From Auanema rhodensis (taxonomy: Eukaryota > Animalia > Nematoda), in the NCBI GenBank assembly GCA_964057225.1, contig OZ059899.1, positions 4,526,001-4,590,000 of the forward strand: 64,000 nt of DNA. The letters run 5' to 3'. The notes under the pieces are model-generated. The model ran no database searches. It was not told the origin of the DNA and worked only from the letters and a program-made list of their open reading frames with translations. Made by a program: the position numbers and the translations under genes. This document shows positions 42,101 through 50,703 of this stretch, piece by piece. Position 1 is the first letter of the stretch. Each line of letters begins with the position of its first letter.

Positions 42101-44903
42101 GTGAGAAATGCACAACCAAGGAGGGCCATTTTGGGTACCAACAAGGTGATAGTGAATGGTCTGTAACAGATCGTTTCCTTGATTGGTTACTCAACTTTTC
42201 TGAGAATGATAATGCAATTTTGATTGCGCACAACGGGTCGCGCTTTGACATACATTTCTTGGTGTCTAGGCTGATAAACCGTGGAATATATCCTGACCCC
42301 ATTTTAAATGGGACCAAGATTATTAGCATGGTTGTCAAGCCTTTAAGAGGTCAAAACATTAACCATTTATGTTTTAAAGATAGTTATTTACTAGTGCCTT
42401 TACCCTTATCAGCGTTACCCAAGGCATTTGGTGTACCTGATATGAGTAAAGGACAATTCCCATACCTCTTTAACCACCCAATAAATTATGGCAAAGTGCT
42501 ACCATCCTTGCCACCAAAGCATTACTATTGTACTGCTAGAATGAAAGCAGAAGACCTAGCTTCATTCAATATTTGGTATGAGGAGCGTAATCAAAGTGTG
42601 TTTGATTTTGATGAGGAGCTTCTGGAATATTGTAGGACAGATGTCCGTATTTTAACCAACTGTATGAAAGTGTACATGAAGTTGGCCACCGCCACCACTG
42701 GCTGGAATCCTGTCATACAATGTATGACATTTGCCAGTTTCTCTTTATTCCAGGCAAGTTTTTTTAAAATACAAGCATTTTCAAAACTAGTATATTACAG
42801 TTGAAAATGAACCACATTAAAGAGAACCAAGTGGGTATTCTGCCTGAGACTGGTTATTATGCCGGCCAGAAGCAGAGTATAATTGCCATAAAATACATTA
42901 AATGGCTAGAACACGGATTAGGCCGCCCATTAATGCATAAGCTTAATGGTGGTGAATTTGTTGTGCGAGTAGATGGCCAACGCTATCTACTTGATGCTTA
43001 TGACAGTGTGGCTAATCACGGCTATGAGGTGAGTAATTTGTAATAAATGTAAAAAAAATGAAAAATTTTGTAGTTTAATGGCTGTATTTATCATGGTTGC
43101 CCCCAGTGCACCAACAAGACTGCTATTGCACCAGGCAGAAATGGTGAAACAATGGAAGAGGTAACCAATACTTTTTTAAATCATTTTTAACCGAAACATT
43201 TAGGTTTATGAAAAAACCATGAAAAGGCTTGAGGCTATTCAAAGCCAGGGCATTAGTGTAACCACTGTGTGGGAACACGAAATTACTGCTCAAATGTCAT
43301 CAAATGAGCAAATGGCAAATTTTATGAAGGACACTGAGGTTGTAACTCGATTGGCACCTCGAGATGCCTTCACCGGCGGCCGAACTCAAACATATAAGCT
43401 TTTGGCCCAAGCTTCGGATAGATACTCACTAGAGTATGTGGACTTTTGTTCACTTTATCCATATGTAACGGCATTTGATGCCTATTACCCTGTGGGTAAT
43501 CCTAAAGTGATTACTGAGGGCTTTGAGAGTTTTGAGGCATGCTGCCCATACAAGGGCCTTGTGAAATGTGACGTGCTTGCACCCACAAATTTGTTGTATC
43601 CTGTATTAGGAACACGCATAGGCGGTAAATTAATTTTTACAAACTGCCGCACATGTGCAAACAGAGGCAAAAATGTAACATGCCCGCACCAAGATGATGA
43701 AGACGCTCGAAAGCTGCATCTGACTGTAACGCATGTAGAGCTCGAATGTGCCATACAGCGTGGCTACAAAGTGCTTCATGTTTATGAGGTTTGGCACTGG
43801 GATGAATGGCAGCAAGGAGGCCTATTCAAGGATTTTGTACAAAAGTACATAAAAATTAAGCAAGAGGCATCGGGCTGGCCTAAGCCAAATATGACAGAGG
43901 CTGAAAAGGTATGTGTCATGAAAAGTATGGCATTAAATAGAATTTTACAGCTAAAATATCTCCAAGAGCACGAGGAGAACACTGGTGTTGCTCTGGAGAG
44001 CAACAAAATTGAAAAGAATGCGGCCATGCGTAGCATTGCCAAACTACAGCTGAATAGGTATGTAAACTTTTAAAAATAAAAATTTACAAATTTGTTTATA
44101 GTGTATGGGGTAAAATGGGTCAAAGACCGGATAAAGCCCAAACCAAGATTATTGGTGTTGAGGATCCTGAAATTGGTAGGATCATAACTGATCCTGCAAG
44201 GGAACTCACGGGCTTCAAAATTGTGGACGATGTGGCGTACTGTACAACAGTGCCAGAAGACTCACACCTGGCACCAGCGCCGTTTACAAATGTAGCCATA
44301 GCGGCTTATACAACCGCTCATGCAAGGCTACTATTGTATAAGGCAATGGAAAAAATTGGAAAGAACTTGGTGTATACAGGTAATTTTATACTTTGTATAC
44401 AATTTAAACGTACATCATTTAGACACCGATTCTCTAATTTATTTAAAATGCCTCGATCAGCCTGATCCAATTGAGGATATGAAGGGTGAATGGTTAGGTA
44501 AACTAACCTCAGAAATACCCGATGGTTGGTCAATGACCAAATTTGTTTCACCAGCTGCAAAAGTTTATAGTTATGAGCTAGTAAATGCAGCTGGTCAGGT
44601 CAAGTATATCACCAAGGCAAAGGGAGTGGTAAGTATAAAAATATATTATTGAGAAACTTTTTAAAATTACAGACGCTGGACCACACGGCAGCCACCGTGG
44701 TAAACTATCAAAGTATGGAGCGATTGGTTCGAGGACTCGTGATGGATGGAGAAAAATTGGTTTTAAAAACCAAAACAACGTTATTAAAGAGGCAGCTTGG
44801 TGCCATATCCACGATGGACATGACAAAGAGTACCAAGGTCGTAATGGATAAACTTTGTTATCTAGACGATTTTAGTACTTTACCCTATGGTTATTGTGAA
44901 TAA
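39133..44903 (+). CDS. Protein-primed family B DNA polymerase (pPolB) polyprotein, 14 exons, ~1370 aa
   Basis: Hand-spliced exons: 39133-39146, 39194-39250, 39295-39420, 39466-39547, 40671-41705, 41752-41925, 41971-42753, 42801-43028, 43074-43160, 43204-43908, 43951-44057, 44102-44379, 44423-44628, 44673-44903 (4113 nt, one open frame). Motifs: ExoI YDFET, ExoII HNGSRFD, ExoIII YCRTDV, DFCSLYP, KLQLNSVWGK, YTDTDS, KAKG, C-terminal TLPYGY. Exons 5-14 are high confidence; exons 1-4 are moderate. Confidence 0.93.
39590..40470 (+). repeat. AT-rich ~160-bp degenerate tandem repeat inside predicted pPolB intron 4 (39548-40670)
   Basis: GATGCTCAAAAAC anchor at 39778, 39947, 40102, 40269 and 40422. 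Confidence 0.85.
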
Positions 44904-45041
44904 TTTTTAATATATTTGAATTTATAAATTTTATTATCGCGTGTATATTTGTATATGGTTGTATTTATAGATTTTTATGTATAGTTGTATTAATAAATTT
45001 TATTCTTCTCATCAAATGTTTTAAAGAGTTTATTACATACA

Positions 45042-46376
45042 TTACAAACTGGTATCAATATATGGAGCACGATTGTTGTCAATTGAAAGAATAGAGTCAT
45101 ATTCTGCATAAACAATAGCATATAAACCCTCTTGCGGCGTTTGTTGACCAAATTCCAATTTCAGGGCCACATTACCTTGTCGTATAACATCAAATAACTC
45201 GGACGAGTGTACAGTCGGTGAAATATCAAATACAAAAAATGTGAAGCCGGTTTTATACATTGCTGGTGTAATACCATTGGATGAATCTGTACGACCAAGA
45301 CCCAAACCCTCCAACATGTCAATATATGCTGTGGCATAGGAAGAACGCCATTCTAAATTATAAGGGCGGGTAGGTATTACCCGATTGTTGAGCGTCAAGT
45401 ATATATTTTTCAATTCAAACGGTTTAAAGTTGAATGGCGAATGTTTAAAAGTACCATTATAGGCGTGTGCGCCGACAAGACCTACTACAACACGTTTCGG
45501 TGTATGCGACGTGAATAATATGTTATTGGGTGAATCCAAACGGCCTCCTTCTATGAAATAAGAGCGCATTTTCACTGACGTCATGGGGTAGTGTATTCGT
45601 TCCTTTACAAGTTTATCTTCTATAGCCATAGCTAATCCAGCGTTTAGATCAAACTCTTGAATAAGCAAGTGCACATCGTTGATATCTATTTTCAGGTTTG
45701 GAAACTCCTCCTTCATTGCAGCATCCTTGCTTTCATTATTCCATCCAAGTGTGTCAATTAAGAAATTATCACGGTTTGGATATGCAGTTAGCTCCATTTT
45801 TGAATAGTTTACAAACAGTCGTTCCTGATTGAATAAGTCGATACTGATGGGAGCAGCCATCTCACACAATATGCCATTTTTAACAAGCCCTTGTCGCGCT
45901 CTAAAGCCAGGACTGGCTGCATTATCTATATATCTATCCGCATAATAGCCTGATATGGCAAGTTTGCTCTCTTTAACATCGTTGCTATACATTAGAATAT
46001 TCTCAATATATGTTTTGTAGGCATGATTTACGGTAGAGTCATACACGCTAACATCACCAATTTTTAAATGATACGAGTGTATCAAACTGGCTGCAAATTG
46101 TTGGCATGGTGCAAAAACAAGGTTGTCTGGTACTGGATCACCGTTTGTGGTTACAATTTTGAATTTTACATTCAACCAACACCTTCTCAGATTAAGAAAT
46201 GATTTGGAATTTTGGGCTATAACAAATTCCCATGGTCCTTGAGGAAGAAAAGTATTTTTTAAAGGAACTTGTACAGTACGAGTGGATTCAACACCTAATG
46301 CCGACGCCGGTATGTCACTATAATTAATATTAGGTAAAAGTGCTTGTGCTGATTTTGAATCTATCAATTTAGCCAT
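45042..46376 (-). CDS. Major capsid protein (double jelly-roll, Polinton PY-type), 444 aa
   Basis: Size, beta-rich pattern and motifs recognised from Polinton MCPs (GPWEF, DLFNQERL, PKRVVVGLV, SPFNFKPF, FFVFDISP, IVYAEYD..L.ID). Intronless and intact. Confidence 0.9.
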   Translation of the reverse strand: MAKLIDSKSAQALLPNINYSDIPASALGVESTRTVQVPLKNTFLPQGPWEFVIAQNSKSFLNLRRCWLNVKFKIVTTNGDPVPDNLVFAPCQQFAASLIHSYHLKIGDVSVYDSTVNHAYKTYIENILMYSNDVKESKLAISGYYADRYIDNAASPGFRARQGLVKNGILCEMAAPISIDLFNQERLFVNYSKMELTAYPNRDNFLIDTLGWNNESKDAAMKEEFPNLKIDINDVHLLIQEFDLNAGLAMAIEDKLVKERIHYPMTSVKMRSYFIEGGRLDSPNNILFTSHTPKRVVVGLVGAHAYNGTFKHSPFNFKPFELKNIYLTLNNRVIPTRPYNLEWRSSYATAYIDMLEGLGLGRTDSSNGITPAMYKTGFTFFVFDISPTVHSSELFDVIRQGNVALKLEFGQQTPQEGLYAIVYAEYDSILSIDNNRAPYIDTSL

Positions 46377-46829
46377 TTAAATACGATACGACCGCTCACG
46401 AGTTATGCACAGACGCTTATGAGGTTTTGTGGTTTTGCGTCGTCGCCGCTTGCCCAAACCGGTAAGATCTCGTATAGCCTGCCGGCCTGCTGTTTTAAGA
46501 GTTTGCTTGATATTATCGCCCTTGAGCACCCCATCAACAATTTCATTGCTAGTTTTTAGCAACTGGCCGCCAAGAGGTGAATTTACAACTGGACTATTGC
46601 TTACAGCACTGGATAATGCATTCCTTCCAGCATTGATGAGATTTTGGGCTATAGGTGATTGAATAATGCGTGGTAAAAACGATGCCAATGTTGCCAGTAT
46701 ACCACCCAGGCCATGACCTCTCTGCATACCACGTTGAAACATCATTCCACTAAATGGCGCCCCACCCATTTGTTGATTCAAAAGTGTTGTCCATTGAATT
46801 GAGTTCAAGTCTAGAAGGAGGTGTGGCAT
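46377..46829 (-). CDS. Putative virion core/membrane-lytic protein with GxG processing motifs and basic tail, 150 aa from first ATG
   Basis: QMGG and QRGHG/LGG followed by the amphipathic ILATLASFLPRII; C-terminal LTGLGKRRRRK. Its stop abuts the MCP ATG (TAAATG). The ORF track starts at an upstream GTG (46841). Confidence 0.7.
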   Translation of the reverse strand: MPHLLLDLNSIQWTTLLNQQMGGAPFSGMMFQRGMQRGHGLGGILATLASFLPRIIQSPIAQNLINAGRNALSSAVSNSPVVNSPLGGQLLKTSNEIVDGVLKGDNIKQTLKTAGRQAIRDLTGLGKRRRRKTTKPHKRLCITRERSYRI

Positions 46830-46879
46830 ATTGAACCGCACGTGCGCAATACAAAAGTTACACTAGATCATTTTACTAA

Positions 46880-47335
46880 ATGTATTCGTCTGAAATAGCG
46901 TCACTATTGCGATCTGTCCGCATCACTCGAAAACTATTCCTCGGTGTATTTAGCGCGGATACTCTACCCAAAACACGTCGAAAGAACTTTGCACTTGTTG
47001 TAAATACTGACACACACGATAAACCGGGCACACATTGGCAAGTCATCTTTGTACGTAATGATCAAGCCTACTTTTTCTGTAGCTTGGGTTATAAAATGAA
47101 CAAGTACATTCGTCATTATCTGGCCAAATATAAAAATGTAAAAGTTAATACTTGCAAACCACAACGCATAATTGAATACACTTGTGGTGGTTATGCAATA
47201 TTTGTAATACTAATGTTGTCAGCTGGTAATACATTTGAAAGCATTTGTTCATTTTTTAAACTATTACAAAACGATGATGTCTTTATTAAAGCGTTTATGC
47301 ATAAAGTATTCGACTATAAATTATCTAGCATATGA
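46880..47335 (+). CDS. Adenain-like (clan CE) cysteine maturation protease, 151 aa
   Basis: FLGVFSAD, VVNTD...PGTHW (catalytic His) and Q-x5-TCG (oxyanion Gln, catalytic Cys). The usual FDS position reads FCS. Confidence 0.92.
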   Translation: MYSSEIASLLRSVRITRKLFLGVFSADTLPKTRRKNFALVVNTDTHDKPGTHWQVIFVRNDQAYFFCSLGYKMNKYIRHYLAKYKNVKVNTCKPQRIIEYTCGGYAIFVILMLSAGNTFESICSFFKLLQNDDVFIKAFMHKVFDYKLSSI

Positions 47336-47381
47336 TCAACCTCGCCATTAAAACGTCACCTGCTACATTAGGTGGTCAGTT

Positions 47382-47552
47382 ATGAATATTCCCTGTCACT
47401 GTGAATTATGTATAAGATACACGTTGGAACAATCTGTGCCAACACCCCTGTACAAAAAGATTTTGAAACGTATTTCAGTGCCATTCATTAAAGGAATATC
47501 TCTGGGACTAGGCTTTTGTACAACACTAGTCATTATTCCACTCATTATATAA
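47382..47552 (+). CDS. Small predicted membrane protein, 56 aa (not in ORF track)
   Basis: ATG 47382 to TAA 47552: MNIPCHCELCIRYTLEQSVPTPLYKKILKRISVPFIKGISLGLGFCTTLVIIPLII. Fills the gap between the protease and zinc-finger genes and ends in a hydrophobic C-terminal helix. Confidence 0.55.
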   Translation: MNIPCHCELCIRYTLEQSVPTPLYKKILKRISVPFIKGISLGLGFCTTLVIIPLII

Positions 47553-47593
47553 AAGTGAGTTGACTGAGTGTGGTTGTTTTTTATTTTCCTCTA

Positions 47594-48058
47594 ATGGAAC
47601 TTTTATGTAACAAGTATTGTGTTACGTGCAAGGAAATATTTTCATCAGCCAAGCATTTTAGTGATCACGTATTAAAAAGACATGACGGGATTCAACCCGT
47701 ATGTAACAGTTATATCAGCAATGTTGACTTTATTCAAAAATATGGACATTTGGATGGTGTTCGTAGACGTTTGTGCCCTTATTGTAGTGAAACTTTTGGA
47801 ACAAGATTCAATTGTCAGCGTCATATTCGGCGTCTTCATAATAGTAATGGAACGAATGGTAAAGATGGTGATGGAAATGATACCAGCGAACCCTCTGAAA
47901 AAACTGAGGAGTTTGTACAGTCAACCGAACCAAAACGATGCCGCTGCAATAGTAACCGAGAATATTCACAACACGAGCCGCGCATCGAACAAAACGGCGC
48001 TGAACTACCTTTTAAACCTTCGAAAATCGTAATGTGGTCTTGTATAACTGTTGAATAA
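47594..48058 (+). CDS. C2H2 zinc-finger protein (two fingers), 154 aa from first ATG
   Basis: CVTC-x3-F-x5-FSDHVLKRH and CPYC-x3-F-x5-CQRHIRRLH. TATATAAAAG at 47546-47555 upstream; AATAAA at the stop. Confidence 0.8.
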   Translation: MELLCNKYCVTCKEIFSSAKHFSDHVLKRHDGIQPVCNSYISNVDFIQKYGHLDGVRRRLCPYCSETFGTRFNCQRHIRRLHNSNGTNGKDGDGNDTSEPSEKTEEFVQSTEPKRCRCNSNREYSQHEPRIEQNGAELPFKPSKIVMWSCITVE

Positions 48059-48063
48059 AACAT

Positions 48064-48921
48064 TTATTTCACATTTTTAACATGTAATGTAACAACTGTA
48101 GAACCATAATTAAATTGCATAGGGCGGCCAAATTCATCTAAAATTTCAATACGTATAGTATCGAGTGTTTGCTTAGTGATTGGTACATAACGAATAGGAT
48201 TAAATGTTTTGGCAATCATTTTACCAAATTCGGTGGGAGGTGGTACAGGTAAACATGCAAGTAAATTAGCTTTCACATTACCGAGAATGGAATATTCTAC
48301 AATATCACAATATATATACATTGTATTAATGTTATTTGAAAAATCAATGGGGCGCCTGGCTATTAACGTGTCGTTGATAATTTTATTCTCAAAGCCAAGA
48401 AAATATGCGAGAGCATCACCGAGTGTTGCATTCAATAATAGCCGCTTACTTGTTACAAACTCTATGCGTTGTAGTGTTTTGTTAAATCGAAACGTGGCGT
48501 CTGCCAGCATTTCCTTGACAAGTTTAGCCTCAGCTTGTCGATTATTATACCACTTTTTCACATCTTCATCTTTATCTATCAAACCCTTTATACGTGCTTC
48601 TTCCTCAGCTCCAAGAGGTTTAGTGCTGCTAGCAATAAATTGTTCTTTTCCAGCATTGATTCCGCGTATTATTTCATCACCATTTGCATAGTTACCTTTG
48701 GGCAAGTGCAGAATAAACTTTCTGTTGGAAAAACGTAGTGTATAAGAAAGATTTTCTTGTACATTTAATATCGAACACGGAAAGATTATGTCTGTCAGCC
48801 CAATGCAATATCTGTTATTGCGTAGCCTTAATGTTTCAGGTAACCTGGTAAGAAACACTGATGAGGTATTACTTTTTTCAGAGTCAACTGATGACGGCAA
48901 AGTAATGTAAAAGTCATCCAT
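48064..48921 (-). CDS. Minor capsid protein (penton, Polinton PX-type), 285 aa
   Basis: N-terminal FYITLPS...NT.S.F.TRLP and C-terminal YIYCDIV...G....LL, YVP, I.I.I.DE.G....F..G...VTLH motifs typical of Polinton minor capsids. Confidence 0.9.
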   Translation of the reverse strand: MDDFYITLPSSVDSEKSNTSSVFLTRLPETLRLRNNRYCIGLTDIIFPCSILNVQENLSYTLRFSNRKFILHLPKGNYANGDEIIRGINAGKEQFIASSTKPLGAEEEARIKGLIDKDEDVKKWYNNRQAEAKLVKEMLADATFRFNKTLQRIEFVTSKRLLLNATLGDALAYFLGFENKIINDTLIARRPIDFSNNINTMYIYCDIVEYSILGNVKANLLACLPVPPPTEFGKMIAKTFNPIRYVPITKQTLDTIRIEILDEFGRPMQFNYGSTVVTLHVKNVK

Positions 48922-49000
48922 CAGAGACCACCACCTGATGCGTGCACACTAGTATAAATGAAATCATTTGCATTATAGGTACATTTACGAGTGGTTGATT

Positions 49001-49648
49001 ATGGTTTTCAGCTTCAAACTACCCAGTCAGACAACTGTAATAGGGGCAACGCAATGTGGTAAAACTACCCTTATAAAACGTATATGTGAAAATACTGAAA
49101 AGTTTTTCAACGTCCCCATTGATAGAATATTCTGGTTCAGTCAATGTGGAGCATCGTCAGGTGTTCCATTAAATGATGAGCGTTTAATAGTTATTCAAGG
49201 ACCACCTGATCCGGATATAATAAAAGAGCAAAAGGGAGTAAACACCATACTAGTGCTGGATGATTTGATGAATTTTTTCTCATCGAATAAAGCGGCTAAA
49301 GAATTACTCAACAACATTTTTACAGTGTGGGCACATCACTGGAATTTGGCAGTGTTTAATCTTGTGCAAGCTGCATTTCAGCTAGACAGGACCAGTCGAA
49401 TTAATAGTACATATATAATACTGATGAAAAGTCATTCGGATATATTACAAATACGTAATTGTCTGCAACAATTATTTGGCCCCCGCTTTAAAAATGCTCT
49501 AGAAGCATATGATGATGCAATGTCTACACCCTATAGTCATTTACTGATTGACAACCATCCTTTAACAAATGAGAAACAGCGTATACTATCAGATATAACA
49601 GCGGAGCACCCTATTGTTTATGTAGCCAGAAATATATTCAGTGTTTAA
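49001..49648 (+). CDS. A32/FtsK-HerA-type DNA packaging ATPase, 215 aa from first ATG
   Basis: Walker A GATQCGKT, Walker B LVLDDLM, then HHWN...FNLVQ, SRINSTYIIL and PYSHLLID. Confidence 0.93.
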   Translation: MVFSFKLPSQTTVIGATQCGKTTLIKRICENTEKFFNVPIDRIFWFSQCGASSGVPLNDERLIVIQGPPDPDIIKEQKGVNTILVLDDLMNFFSSNKAAKELLNNIFTVWAHHWNLAVFNLVQAAFQLDRTSRINSTYIILMKSHSDILQIRNCLQQLFGPRFKNALEAYDDAMSTPYSHLLIDNHPLTNEKQRILSDITAEHPIVYVARNIFSV

Positions 49649-49660
49649 TGTGCATGTTCA

Positions 49661-49969
49661 ATGAGTGGTCGTATTTTGTCAAATTACAACTTTTTATCTT
49701 CTTGTGCCAAAACCCCTTGTTCTGTTTCCTCATTTTCTTTTTCACAAATTGAAATTATTGTTGAAATTGTATTTAATATTGTGAAAAATAATAATTTTCT
49801 CTTAACTAACAAGGAATATAAAACCCTTTTGCCCATATCATCATTATTACGTCAAATAGCTTTGATACGCACACCCGAAAAGGCTAAAACTTTATTGGCA
49901 ACGATTTCACACAAACAATTGAAAACAATAGTTTCATGCGGAATTGCTTATTTTGGTTTTAAAAGATGA
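49661..49969 (+). CDS. Hypothetical Maverick protein, 102 aa
   Basis: ATG-initiated and tightly packed. The pattern EIVFNI..NN..L.......L......LR.I resembles a small ORF commonly seen in Polintons (recalled, not searched). ATGA overlap with the next gene. Confidence 0.7.
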   Translation: MSGRILSNYNFLSSCAKTPCSVSSFSFSQIEIIVEIVFNIVKNNNFLLTNKEYKTLLPISSLLRQIALIRTPEKAKTLLATISHKQLKTIVSCGIAYFGFKR

Positions 49970-50703
49970 AACTCAATCATAAATATCGTCTAATCCCTGT
50001 TGATGATGAAACGCTGAATATAGACAAGTTTGATGCTGAATTGAAGCTCTTACGAGAGAATAAATCTATACCCGATTATAAAAAGGCTGAACTATACGAA
50101 GACTTGATTACCCGTCTCAAAAACTATAGAGAAAGCATAGATGCGCCTATATCAGTACAAGTGGAAAATGCTGATCCACCATTATTGCCAGAATACAAGC
50201 TGCCACGAAAGTATAACGATCTGTGGGAAAGATTTCCAGAGGTGCGTACAAACAAAAATAACCAACTTGTGATTAATAATGAGCCCGTACCAAACACAAA
50301 TATTACAAAAATTTTGGATTTTGTACTGGATAAAACAAAGACGGAACCCAATGGATTCTCAGTATTAGCCAAATTCTTAGCCAGTAATGGGGTCTCTAGC
50401 CCTAACAAGAAGGCAAAAAATGTAGAGCCTGCCGTCAGTAACAAGGATTCAGTTGATCCCGTGCCTACATCCACATCGGCTGTCACAGACTTGGATGCTA
50501 CTATTAATATATTACCTAGAACACCACGTCATCGTAAGGCTGTTATTCGATATTCACCCTCTCCGCGTCGTACATTCAAATCCAAAGCTATAAATAAAAA
50601 GGCAAAACCCGCTGACACTGGTGAATCATATTACACACCTCAGGCGGGAGAAACACAGAATGGCAAAGGACGTAAACGATTCTACATTAGATTATGGAAG
50701 TAA
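49966..50703 (+). CDS. Hypothetical Maverick protein, 245 aa, basic S/P-rich C-terminus
   Basis: Long ORF with PDYKKAELY and NQLVINNEPVPNTNI..I segments resembling a conserved Polinton ORF. C-terminal QNGKG and RYSPSPRR. Confidence 0.75.
   Translation: MKLNHKYRLIPVDDETLNIDKFDAELKLLRENKSIPDYKKAELYEDLITRLKNYRESIDAPISVQVENADPPLLPEYKLPRKYNDLWERFPEVRTNKNNQLVINNEPVPNTNITKILDFVLDKTKTEPNGFSVLAKFLASNGVSSPNKKAKNVEPAVSNKDSVDPVPTSTSAVTDLDATINILPRTPRHRKAVIRYSPSPRRTFKSKAINKKAKPADTGESYYTPQAGETQNGKGRKRFYIRLWK

Noticed and set aside
40713-44903. pPolB as a frameshifted pseudogene or several separate genes
   Set aside because: Every break coincides with a 42-47-nt intron with proper splice sites that restores frame and motifs.
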